A stretch of 64,000 bases of DNA from Macrostomum lignano (Eukaryota). This document shows positions 14,060 to 27,489 of this stretch, piece after piece. Position 1 is the stretch's first letter; each line of letters begins with the position of its first letter. The notes under the pieces were generated by a model, which saw only the letters and a list, made by a program, of their open reading frames with translations, ran no database searches and was not told the DNA's origin. Location: positions 248,001 to 312,000 of the forward strand of contig NIVC01000738.1 of NCBI GenBank assembly GCA_002269645.1, read 5' to 3'. The position numbers were made by a program, and so were the translations under genes.

Positions 14060-15715
14060 GTAATACGACTGGTTGAGGTCGATCCTTGAGAAAAACTTCG
14101 AATTGTTGAATTCGGTCACCAGGTCGGCGAAGGTAGGCAGTGACATCGAGTCCGGGATGATCGCCTTGTTGACGCTTCGCAGATCAACGCAGAGGCGCAG
14201 CTTCCCATCGGCCTTGCGGGCACAGGTGACGTTGGACTGCCAGTCGGGGATGTCGCCGTTGACTCGCTCTATGATTCCTTCTTCCTCCCAGCGCTGAATC
14301 TCGCTGTCGCACTCCTGACGCAGCGCTAGAGGCAGTCGGCGCAGACGCTGAGCTACGGGAGACACAGCTGGGTCAACTCTGGGACGGTGGCAGAACCCTT
14401 TGATCTCACCGAGTCCGGTGCCCAAGGCGTGGTACTTAGCTGGAATCCATTCGGGCATCAACGTGGTCGGAGGCTCCTCGGACTCGACCGCAGCAATCTG
14501 ATGTCCGGAAGGCCCGAGAACTCTGCAGTTCAGCTTGTCCATCAGGTCGATTTCCATCAGGTCATCGCCGTCCATGACGACGGTGAAGGTGAACGACGGG
14601 AGCTGAACGCATTCGAACTCGACCGTGGCGTCGATCTCGCCGGCGACACTGATGCTGGAGCCGTTGTATGACACGAGCTGTCTCTTTGACGGTCGCAGGG
14701 GGACCTTGGCGCCGAAAAGCTTCCGGCAGGTCTGCATGTTGATGATGGAGACTTTGGCAGCTGTGTCCACCAACAGCGGAGTGCTGAACCCGTTGATCCT
14801 GACGCTGGCTCTCTTGTACTCGCCTTTCTTGTCCGTGCTGACGGCGAAGATGCTTTGCTGAGCGGAGCTGTCGAAGTCGACGCCTTGAACCTTTTTCTGA
14901 GCTGAGTGCGGTGCCGTGGTGCTGCTCTTGCACACGCTGGCGAAATGGTTGAGCTTTCCGCACTTCTTACACGCTTTGCCACGAGCAGCGCAGCGCGGGT
15001 CGCTGCCTGTGCGGTGGCCCGGCTTACCGCAGTGCGAGCAGCAGGGCTCTTGCGTTGGTCGCGCTGCCTGGCCTCTGGTGCCGATCGGAGCTCTCTTGGC
15101 GTTGATCTTCCTGATGCCGTCGTCAGCTGCATTCTTGCCGGTCAAGGATTTCTCGCTCTGGACAGCTTTTTCCACCTGGGCGGCAATCTGGATTGCTCCG
15201 TCCAGGGTGAGCTCTTGCTCTAGCAGGAGGCGTTCGCGCACCTTCGCTGATGAAGTGCCGAAGATCAGCTGGTCCAGGATGAGGTCGTCGTGAAGGCTCT
15301 GGAACTCGCAGTCTCTGGCGGCATGGCGCAAGTTTGCCACGAATGCGTGCACGCCTTCGCCGCTCCGCTGGACGCACTTCCGGAAGTCATGGCGCTTGGC
15401 ATACACGCTGACGGTGGGCTGAAAGTGCTCCTTGAGCAGCTTGCATGCCGCTTCGAGTGTCGCTGGAGCTTCATCTGGAGACTTGATGAGAGTCCGGTAG
15501 ACTCGCACTCCTTCCCGCCCGAGGCAGTGCACGAGCAGTGCTATCTTCCTGGCTTCTTGCAAGCCGTCGACTCCTGACGCTAGCAGGTAGGTGTCGAACT
15601 CAGCGGCCCAAGTTTCCCATGAAACCACAGGTGTTCCTGGGTTGTCGAGAAATGGAGGCGGTTCTCTGAGGTTTAGTCGTAGCGCTGGCGCTGTGGCGTT
15701 GTCAGAGCTGCTCAT
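14060..15715 (-). CDS. gag: gag + protease + N-terminal RT (single gag-pol ORF broken by a 1-nt deletion at about 14060)
   Basis: ATG at 15715 (MSSSDNAT). Twin knuckles CSHCGKPGH...C and CKKCGKLNHFASVC, protease LLVDTAAKVS, RT KLRLCVDLRSVN...FSRIDL. Confidence 0.93.
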
Positions 15716-15831
15716 TTCTAACTTCGCTGTGCTGAGTTTGCAGAATTGCAATGCGATAGCGAGAGTTGGGCTTGTGGGCCTTGGCTGCCGTGAGTTGAGT
15801 TGAATTTTGCGCGGGGTGGTTTTTTGCTAAG

Positions 15832-15849
15832 TCCCTGCTTGCGATGCCA
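15832..15849 (-). other. Primer binding site
   Basis: TGGCATCGCAAGCAGGGA one base inside the 5' LTR, complementary to a tRNA CCA end. Confidence 0.8.
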
Positions 15850-15850
15850 G

Positions 15851-16025
15851 TGTTGTGGCCGCTGGCCAAATGAATAAAGTCAATAATTCACTTAAGGCGA
15901 AGGAGAGGAGAGGTGGCTCTCAGCTATAGTGAGCTAGCCAATATATATTATCTGACTGATACGAGCTAGATGTACATCGATGCGCGTACGTTACATAATA
16001 GCATTGAGCATGCACATTCACAACA
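15851..16025 (-). repeat. 5' LTR
   Basis: 175 bp, matches 11390-11564. Confidence 0.97.
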
Positions 16026-18535
16026 CTGAAGCCACACAGACCCTGACCTGAAGCCGCACAGACCCTGATCTGAAGCCACACAGAGCCTGACCTGAAGCCA
16101 CACAGACCCTGACCTCAAGCCACACAGAGCTTGACCTGAAGCCACACAGACCCTGACCTCAAGCCACACAGAGCCTGACCTGAAGCCACACAGACCCTGA
16201 TCTGAAGCCACACAGAGCCTGACTGACCTGAAGCCACACAGAGCCTGATCTGAAGCCACACAAACTTGACCTGAAGCCACACAGAGCCTGACCTGAAGCC
16301 ACACAGACCCTGACCTCAAGCCACACAGAGCTTGACCTGAAGCCACACAGAGCTTGACCTGAAGCCACACAGACCCTGACCTCAAGCCACACAGAGCTTG
16401 ACCTGAAGCCACACAGAGCTTGACCTGAAGCCACACAAAGCCTGATCTGAAGCCACACAGACCCTGACCTGAAGCCACACAGACCCTGATCTGAAGCCAC
16501 ATAGAGCCTGACTGACCTGAAGCCACACAGAGCTTGACCTGAAGCCACACAGACCCTGACCTGAAGCCAACAGAGCCTGACCTGAAGCCACACAGACCCT
16601 GACCTGAAGCCGCACAGACCCTGATCTGAAGCCACACAGAGCCTGACCTGAAGCCACACAGACCCTGACCTCAAGCCACACAGAGCTTGACCTGAAGCCA
16701 CACAGACCCTGACCTCAAGCCACACAGAGCCTGACCTGAAGCCACACAGACCCTGATCTGAAGCCACACAGAGCCTGACTGACCTGAAGCCACACAGAGC
16801 CTGATCTGAAGCCACACTGAGCCTGATCTGAAGCCACACAGAGCCTGACCTGAAGCCACACAGACCCTGACCTCAAGCCACACAGAGCTTGACCTGAAGC
16901 CACACAGAGCTTGACCTGAAGCCACACAGACCCTGACCTGAAGCCACACAGACCCTGACCTGAAGCCACACAGAGCCTGATCTGAAGCCACACAGAGCCT
17001 AACTGACCTGAAGCCACACAGAGCCTGACCTGAAGCCACACAGACCCTGACCTCAAGCCACACAGAGCTTGACCTGAAGCCACACAGAGCTTGACCTGAA
17101 GCCACACAGAGCCTGATCTGAAGCCACACAGACCCTGACCTGAAGCCACACAGACCCTGATCTGAAGCCACATAGAGCCTGACTGACCTGAAGCCACACA
17201 TAGCTTGATCTGAAGCCACACAGACCCTGACCTGAAGCCACACAGAGCCTGACCTGAAGCCACACAGACCCTGACCTCAAGCCACACAGAGCTTGACCTG
17301 AAGCCACACAGACCCTGACCTCAAGCCACACAGAGCTTGACCTGAAGCCACACAGAGCTTGACCTGAAGCCACACAGACCCTGACCTCAAGCCACACAGA
17401 GCTTGACCTGAAGCCACACAGAGCTTGATCTGAAGCCACACAGACCCTGACCTGAAGCCACACAGAGCCTGATCTGAAGCCACACAGACTTGACCTGAAG
17501 CCACACAGACCCTGACCTGAAGCCACACAGAGCTTGATCTGAAGCCACACAGACCCTGACCTGAAGCCACACAGAGCCTGATCTGAAGCCACACAGACCC
17601 TGACCTGAAGCCACACAGACCCTGACCTGAAGCCACACAGACCCTGATCTGAAGCCACACAGACCCTGACCTGAAGCCACACAGAGCCTGACCTGAAGCC
17701 ACACAGACCCTGACCTCAAGCCACACAGAGCTTGACCTGAAGCCACACAGACCCTGACCTCAAGCCACACAGAGCCTGACCTGAAGCCACACAGACCCTG
17801 ATCTGAAGCCACACAGAGCCTGACTGACCTGAAGCCACACAGAGCCTGATCTGAAGCCACACTGAGCCTGACCTGAAGCCACACAGAGCCTGACCTGAAG
17901 CCACACAGACCCTGACCTCAAGCCACACAGAGCTTGACCTGAAGCCACACAGAGCTTGACCTGAAGCCACACAGACCCTGACCTGAAGCCACACAGACCC
18001 TGACCTGAAGCCACACAGAGCCTGATCTGAAGCCACACAGAGCCTGACTGACCTGAAGCCACACAGACCCTGACCTCAAGCCACACAGAGCCTGACCTGA
18101 AGCCACACAGACCCTGACCTCAAGCCACACAGAGCTTGACCTGAAGCCACACAGAGCTTGACCTGAAGCCACACAGAGCCTGATCTGAAGCCACACAGAG
18201 TTTGACCTGAAGCCACACAGACCCTGACCTCAAGCCACACAGAGCTTGACCTGAAGCCACACAGAGCTTGATCTGAAGCCACACAGACCCTGACCTGAAG
18301 CCACACAGAGCCTGATCTGAAGCCACACAAACTTGACCTGAAGCCACACAGACCCTGACCTGAAGCCACACAGAGCCTGATCTGAAGCCACACAGACCCT
18401 GACCTGAAGCCACACAGAGCCTGATCTGAAGCCACACAGACCCTGACCTGAAGCCACACAGACCCTGACCTGAAGCCACACAGACCCTGATCTGAAGCCA
18501 CACAGACCCTGACCTGAAGCCACACAGACCCTGAC
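16026..18535. repeat. 22-bp minisatellite array, about 2.5 kb
   Basis: Unit CCTGAAGCCACACAGACCCTGA with variants. Confidence 0.97.
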
Positions 18536-19009
18536 CTGCGTGCAGAATTCAGCCTCAGAAAAGTCTCCAGTTGCAGGCCAGATTGGGTGAGAAAGCGCAG
18601 GGGCAGCAGGCTGAGGCAGAGAGGGTTTCGTGCCTCTTCGATCTTTCCGCGAATCCCGACTGCAGTTTGGAGCCGGCTGATCTCCTGGGAGCAGCCCAGG
18701 GGAGGGGGAGCGGAGATCCCCGCCCGGTTAGGCCTGGAAGGCCGAAGGTGTCTTCCACTGACTGGGGAGATCTTCCCGACTACGTGTGGAACATTGCAAG
18801 TGGAACTGCCGGGAAGCTGCGACTGGAAGCTGGGGAGACTCGGTTTGGGAAGAGAGGGGAGCCCCAGAGCCGAATTTCAGATAAATCACTTTGAGCACTC
18901 GAGTGCATTTTAATCAGTTGTGCTTTGAATCGCGACTCCCCGGCTCTCTCCGGTTTATCCAGTCTACCGGCGCGAGTCCGGAGACCGGAGTCCGATGGAG
19001 AGAGACACT

Positions 19010-20141
<1,132 letters not shown>

Positions 20142-21574
20142 CAGGAACAGCCAAATAACAGGCAGCAACTGAGGCAGATTGAAAATTGGATTCAACTTTC
20201 GAGTCTGTTATTCATTAGCGGTCTCCCCACAGGATTCCTCCTGCAGGACACGGCGGGACTCTGCCGCCCGGCTGCGGGTGCGAATCGGCTGCAAAAACAC
20301 CCGCCCAGCTTTCCAGATGACCGCAAATGTTGAACTGCGGCTGCTGCCGCCCGCACTGGCAACAGCAAGGCAGCGAAGTGGCAGATGAAGCCTTGCAGTG
20401 AACATTTTCATCCGAAGAATTTTCATGCTAAAAGGTTCGAATTAATAAAGTAGATTGGCATTGGGGATTCTCACTCCGGAGCCCCGCAACATGGATGGCT
20501 GTGTTGCTAATTTTAGATGACTGCTGCATGTCGGATTCTAAGAATCAGCCGCTTCGCTTCTCTCTTGATTGCGATTTTTGTTATTCATCTCCATCTGTCA
20601 CTCTCCATCTGTCACTCTCCGTCTGTCACTCTCCATCTGTCACTCCCTATCTGTCACTCTCTCCACATCTCTCTCCATCGCTCACTCTATTCATTGATCA
20701 CTCTCCATATCTCACTCTTTATCTCCCTCTCGCCATATCTCGCTCTCCATCTCTCACCCGTCTCTCTCATAAAGTCAGTCTCCCACGCAAACACCGCTGC
20801 AGCTCTCTGACTCAATCGAATCCTCTGCATCCAGCCAGGGCGGTTGCCCGGTCGCGATTTGCACTCAGACGAAGCTGCGCGAGACCACAAATACAGTCTC
20901 AGCGCAAACTTGCATAATTAGAAAACTGCTCGCACAGGCCAGAGGCTGCTCAAGGCTCAGGGCGCGGTCTCTCATTTAGCCCGAATATTTAGGGAAGTTA
21001 AGGAAGGGACGGCATCTGTTATCCTGCCCGCCTTCGCAGCGAGCGGAACGGGGGGCGACCTCGGCATGGGGGGGGGACAACAACTCCGCCGAAGACACCG
21101 GCTGGCAGCGGCGGCGCCTCCAGCCCTCATAACTCTCATATTTCTCCCCAGCATCCCCGGGGCTGATGAAGCAGTCAGTTGCTAGGGGGGGGGCAAGTCT
21201 CGGGGCTGTCTCGCCTCAGCAAACGGCCGCGCGGTGCTCGGTCGCCAGCCGAGCTGCATTTTATGACAAAAGTGGGCGCACTTTCCCCAGGCCTCGGTGC
21301 AATCAGCGGCTGCGGTCTGCGCGCGCCGATGGGCCGGGGGAGGCGTGCTTGGAGGGCACCAGCCCGCCGCCTCTGACCTTTGAACCTCTGGCGAAGTCGA
21401 TTTGCAACAATTCTCACTCTGATCTAACCGGTCTCCCAAAGTCTCAGATGGACTCTCCGTGAAACATTCATTTACCACTATTCTTTTGCCGACAGAGGTG
21501 ACTGGGACTTCAGCCTCCTGCGAACTTCTTGCTGCACTCAACTAATCGGCTGGAACTGCAGCGTTCCTTGCGAG

Positions 21575-21880
21575 TCTCTGAAGGAGAGAGGAGGGGAGAG
21601 GGTGGAGAGATGAAGGGAAAGGCTGAAGAAAAAGAGAGAGAGAGTAGAGAGAAAAGGAGAGAGGAGAGAAAGGAGACAGAGGAGAGAGAAAGGTAGGGAA
21701 AGGAGACAGGGAAGAGAGAAAAGGAGAGAGAAAAGGAGAGAGAAAAGGAGAGAGAAAAGGAGAGAGAAGAGGAGAGAGAAGAGAAGAGAGGAAAGGAGAG
21801 AGAAGAGGAGAGAGGAAAGGAGAGAGAAGAGGAGAGAGAAGAGGAGAGAGAAGAGGAGAGAGGAAAGGAGAGAGAAGCGG
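21575..21880. repeat. Purine-rich GA low-complexity tract with a 12-bp unit
   Basis: AAGGAGAGAGAA / GAGGAGAGAGAA repeats. Confidence 0.85.
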
Positions 21881-22446
21881 AGAGGACCACGCCGGTGAAG
21901 CTCAGCCCTGTGCCGTGGGCAGGTTGGCACCCAGCGCACTGAGAGGCGGCGGTGTCTGCTCACTCAGAGGAAATCAGAGGCAGAGCAAAGCAGGCGAGAG
22001 TGAAACGCGCAGGGAGAACCGGCGTCAGCATAAAATTGTGGAATATATATTCGCTTAATTCCCAGAAAAATTGGTAGCAAGAGAAGTGCAGCGGGCAGTT
22101 GAGCGGAGCAGGAATTGAGTTGAATAAAAGTAGAAGCTGAGGGCCGGTCTGGATGAAGCTGAGTGCAGCTCTGAGCCCTGGGGGCAGTTCCGAATGCACT
22201 TTTCCCTGGCGCACAGAAATTAGTGCCTATTTAGCGGCGACATCAGTCACGGCCGGGATGGAAGTGGAGGCCCATCTGCAGCAGGTATGAATTTCTTAAT
22301 TATTATAAACATTTATCTAATCAGCATTGATGAGGCTGAGCTGAGCCGGGGAGATCAGACACCCCGGCTGACCTTAGAGACCCCTGCCTGATGAATCAGG
22401 CGTTAATTGTGGCCAGCTGCTGGGACTCGCCAAGCCATGCATTGCC

Positions 22447-23210
22447 GAGTCACTGTCACAAGTTCACAACTGAACATGTGAGTCACTATCACAAGCTCAC
22501 AACTGAACATGTGAGTCACTGTCACAAGCTCACAACTGAACATGTGAGTCACTGTCACAAGCTCACAACTGAACATGTGAGTCACTGTCACAGGCTCACA
22601 ACTGAACATGTGAGTCACTGTCACAGGCTCACAACTGAACATGTGAGTCACTGTCACAGGCTCACAACTGAACATGTGAGTCACTATCACAAGTTCACAA
22701 CTGAACATGTGAGTCACTATCACAAGCTCACAACTGAACATGTGAGTCACTGTCACAAGCTCACAACTGAACATGTGAGTCACTATCACAAGCTCACAAC
22801 TGAACATGTGAGTCACTGTCACAGGCTCACAACTGAACATGTGAGTCACTATCACAAGCTCACAACTGAACATGTGAGTCACTGTCACAGGCTCACAACT
22901 GAACATGTGAGTCACTGTCACAGGCTCACAACTGAACATGTGAGTCACTGTCACAGGCTCACAACTGAACATGTGAGTCACTGTCACAAGCTCACAACTG
23001 AACATGTGAGTCACTGTCAACAGGCTCACAACTGAACATGTGAGTCACTGTCACACTCAAAACTGAACATGTGAGTCACTGTCAACAGGCTCACAACTGA
23101 ACAGGTGAGTCAGTGTCACACTCAAAACTGAACAGGTGAGTCACTGTCACAAGCTTAAAACTGAACATGTGAGTCACTATCACAAGCTCACAACTGAACA
23201 TGTGAGTCAT
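22447..23210. repeat. 33-bp minisatellite
   Basis: Unit GAGTCACTGTCACAAGCTCACAACTGAACATGT. Confidence 0.96.
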
Positions 23211-23749
23211 TTAGACGTTATAAAATTTGAGTTCGTGAAAGCGACCCCTCTTCCTTCAGATCAGGTGAGCTCACCGGACCGCACGAAAATCCGTCCAAAA
23301 CAATCGGCCTATGTGCTGCCGGACGCGAACTCTCTTAAAGTACATGTACATGTACAGTACGAGCTCGTTACAAATGAAATCCCTCTAATTAGCACTTCAC
23401 CCCCTGCAGTAATTGCTCTGAGATCTGCCTGGGATGTCGGCCAGCTGCCCATTACCTAAACTAGCTGGCTCCATGTGATCGCACCTGCAGGGCAGCGCAA
23501 GGGAGGCCCCAGTGGCCGGGTTGTGGCCGAGGTCAAAGTTAAACAAAGCTGGATCAGCTCGGCCTTACTGAAGCTCACACAAAATACGCCCTGTTTATCC
23601 TTGGCAATCTGTGCCGTGCAACAGCCTTTTTAACTATAGCAGCAGCTCAGCTTTCACCTGGTTTGTTCTGTCAATTTTTGCGCTTTTTAGCCAGCTCTGA
23701 TCTGAATGCTACTGTCTGCAATTCTCTGTTCTCAATGCATTTTCACCAT

Positions 23750-25300
23750 TGTTTCTGTACTAAATGTGTTTCTGTACTCCATGTGTTTCTGTACTCCATG
23801 TGTTTCTGCACTCCATGTGTTTCTGTACTAAATGTGTTTCTGCACTCCATGTGTTTCTGTACTAAATGTGTTTCTGCACTCCATGTGTTTCTGTACTCCA
23901 TGTGTTTCTGCACTCCATGTGTTTCTGTACTAAATGTGTTTCTGCACTCCATGTGTTTCTGTACTAAATGTGTTTCTGCACTCCATGTGTTTCTGTACTC
24001 CATGTGTTTCTGCACTCCATGTGTTTCTGTACTAAATGTGTTTCTGCACTCCATGTGTTTCTGTACTAAATGTGTTTCTGTACTCCATGTGTTTCTGTAC
24101 TCCGTGTGTTTCTGCACTCCATGTGTTTCTGTACTCCATGTGTTTCTGTACACCCCGTGTTTCTGTACACCCCGTGTGTTTCTGTACTCCCCGTGTGTTT
24201 CTGTACTCCATGTGTTTCTGCACTCCATGTGTTTCTGTACACCCCGTGTTTCTGTACACCCCGTGTGTTTCTGTACTCCCCGTGTGTTTCTGTACTCCAT
24301 GTGTTTCTGCACTCCATGTGTTTCTGTACTAAATGTGTGTTTCTGTACTAAATGTGTGTTTCTGCACTCCATGTGTTTCTGCACTCCATGTGTTTCTGTA
24401 CTCCATGTGTTTCTGTACTCCATGTGTTTCTGCACTCCATGTGTTTCTGTACTCCATGTGTTTCTGTACTCCATGTGTTTCTGTACTCCATGTGTTTCTG
24501 TACTCCATGTGTTTCTGTACTCCATGTGTTTCTGTACTCCATGTGTTTCTGTACTCCATGTGTTTCTGTACTCCATGTGTTTCTGTACTCCATGTGTTTC
24601 TGTACTCCATGTGTTTCTGTACTCCCTGTGTGTTTCTGTACTCCATGTGTGGTTCTGTACTCCCTGTGTGTTTCTGTACTCCCTGTGTGTTTCTGTACTC
24701 CCTGTGTGTTTCTGTACTCCATGTGTGGTTCTGTACTCCGTGTGGTTCTGTACTCCCTGTGTGGTTCTGTACTCCCTGTGTGTTTCTGTACTCCCTGTGT
24801 GGTTCTGTACTCCCTGTGTGGTTCTGTACTCCCTGTGTGTTTCTGTACTCCCTGTGTGTTTCTGTACTCCCTGTGTGTTTCTGTACTCCATGTGTGGTTC
24901 TGTACTCCCTGTGTGGTTCTGTACTCCCTGTGTGTTTCTGTACTCCCTGTGTGGTTCTGTACTCCTTGTGTGTTTCTGTACTAAATGTGTTTCTGTACTC
25001 CCTGTGTGTTTCTGTACTCCATGTGTGGTTCTGTACTCCGTGTGGTTCTGTACTCCCTGTGTGGTTCTGTACTCCCTGTGTGTTTCTGTACTCCCTGTGT
25101 GGTTCTGTACTCCCTGTGTGGTTCTGTACTCCATGTGTTTCTGTACTAAATGTGTTTCTGTACTAAATGTGTTTCTGTACTCCATGTGTTTCTGTACTCC
25201 ATGTGTTTCTGTACTAAATGTGTTTCTGTACTAAATGTGTTTCTGTACTCCCTGTGTGTTTCTGTACTCCATGTGTTTCTGTACTCCCTGTGTGGTTCTG
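23750..25300. repeat. 17-19 bp minisatellite with position-clustered variants
   Basis: Unit TGTGTTTCTGTACTCCA; TAAA variants are enriched near both ends and CCCT/GGTT variants in the 3' half. Confidence 0.96.
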
Positions 25301-25616
25301 TACGTACGTCTCCGTGGTAAATCTGTATACACGGTTTTTCTGCACTTCTCTGCATTCATTACTGCACTCTACTATAATTTATTTTTGTACTCACTCTTCG
25401 AAATCAATTCGGCTAATTCCTTAACTTGTGTCTGTGGGTCCTCCACCCTGTGCCATCCGATAAACACCGAGAACTCTTGGAGCTGCCGTAAACACCTGCA
25501 ACTCGCATAATATTTGCGTACAGACAAAACTCAGTCAATCTGACTCGGCTTATAAAAAAGGTAAGAAATTGCAATTTCCGCTACTATAGAACTATAAGCC
25601 TGCCGTTCTGGCCTTG

Positions 25617-26975
25617 CTGGTAGCCAAGACTGCAGTAGCCAAGACTGCAGTAGCCAAGACTGCAGTAGCCAAGACTGCATTAGCCAAGACTGCAGTAGCC
25701 AAGACTGCAGTAGCCAAGACTGCAGTAGCCAAGACTGCAGTAGCCAAGACTGCAGTAGCCAAGACTGCAGTAGCCAAGACTGCAGTAGCCAAGACTGCAG
25801 TAGCCAAGACTGCAGTAGCCAAGACTGCAGTAGCCAAGACTGCAGTAGCCAAGACTGCAGTAGCCAAGACTGCAGTAGCCAAGACTGCAGTAGCCAAGAC
25901 TGCAGTAGCCAAGACTGCAGTAGCCAAGACTGCAGTAGCCAAGACTGCAGTAGCCAAGGCTGCAGTAGCCAAGACTGCATTTTAGCTAAGACTGCAGTAG
26001 CCAAGACTGCAGTAGCCAAGACTGCATTAGCCAACTGCATTAGCCAAGACTGCAGTAGCCAAGACTGCATTTGTAGCCAAGACTGCATTTTTAGCCAAGA
26101 TTGCAGTAGCCAAGACTGCAGTGGCCAAGACCGCATTAGCCAACTGCATTAGCCAAGACTGCATTTTTAGCCAAGACTGCATTAGCCAACTGCATTAGCC
26201 AAGACTGCATTAGCCAAGACTGCAGTGGCCAAGACTGCATTAGCCAAGACTGCATTAGCCAAGACTGCAGTGGCCAAGACTGCATTAGCCAAGACTGCAG
26301 TAGCCAAGACCGCATTAGCCAACTGCATTAGCCAAGACTGCAGTAGCCAAGACTGCAGTGGCCAAGACTGCATTAGCCAAGACTGCAGTAGCCAAGACCG
26401 CATTAGCCAACTGCATTAGCCAAGACTGCAGTAGCCAAGACTGCAGTAGCCAAGACTGCAGTAGCCAAGACTGCATTAGCCAAGACCGCATTAGCCAAGA
26501 CTGCAGTAGCCAAGACTGCAGTAGCCAAGACTGCAGTAGCCAAGACTGCAGTAGCCAAGACTGCAGTAGCCAAGGCTGCAGTAGCCAAGGCTGCATTAGC
26601 CAAGACTGCAGTAGCCAAGACTGCAGTAGCCAAGACTGCAGTAGCCAAGACTGCAGTGGCCAAGACTGCATTAGCCAAGACTGCAGTAGCCAAGACCGCA
26701 TTAGCCAACTGCATTAGCCAAGACTGCAGTAGCCAAGACTGCAGTAGCCAAGACTGCAGTAGCCAAGACTGCATTAGCCAAGACCGCATTAGCCAAGACT
26801 GCAGTAGCCAAGACTGCAGTAGCCAAGACTGCAGTAGCCAAGACTGCATTAGCCAAGACCGCATTAGCCAAGACCGCATTAGCCAAGACCGCATTAGCCA
26901 AGACCGCATTAGCCAAGACCGCATTAGCCAAGACTGCATTAGCCAAGACTGCAGTAGCCAAGACTGCATTAGCTA
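25617..26975. repeat. 15-bp minisatellite
   Basis: Unit TAGCCAAGACTGCAG with a 13-bp TAGCCAACTGCAT variant. Confidence 0.96.
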
Positions 26976-27489
26976 TTACTGCAGCAGCCCCAGAATGCCT
27001 GTTGCAGCCATGTAGAAAAGCATTACTCAGATTGGAAACAGGCGCAGTTCCTCCTCTCCCAGCCTCCGCCTGCATCAGGCAGACAGCCGGTTTAAATCCT
27101 GACATTCTTTTCCGCCACCACCAAATTCCAACTCGGTGAAAATCTGCTCCGGGTTTAATTAATTAAATTGGCCAAAACCAAGCTGACTGGCATCTGCAGC
27201 CCGCGCAGTGAAGAAGGCAGCAGAAGTTTCAGCAATATTTTTAATACTCGATGAGGCCAAAAGCGGGTGGATGCAAGCTTTGAATCTTGAAAAGAAATGC
27301 CTCACATGAATCACTTCTGACTCTGGCAGGCTGCAGCATGTCATAAAAATGTCATGAACAAAGGTAAAATCGGAACAAATATCCGCCTTTTTAGAGCAGC
27401 ATCAGAACATTGAGGCTTTGTTCGTCAATATCTGCAGATTTTGGTCTCCAGAACGAACCAACCCATATGAGAAATTCGTATTAGTGAGC

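Larger units (their letters stand above)
11390..16025 (-). mobile_element. Full-length Ty3/gypsy LTR retrotransposon (Mag-like clade), 4636 bp
   Basis: Two 175-bp TGTTG...CAACA LTRs that are identical by eye. 5-bp TSD CTGAA at 11385-11389 and 16026-16030. PBS and PPT present; domain order gag-PR-RT-RH-IN. Confidence 0.97.

Noticed and set aside
11654-15803. Plus-strand and alternate-frame ORFs overlapping the retrotransposon
   Set aside because: Shadow ORFs of GC-rich pol sequence with no recognisable motifs
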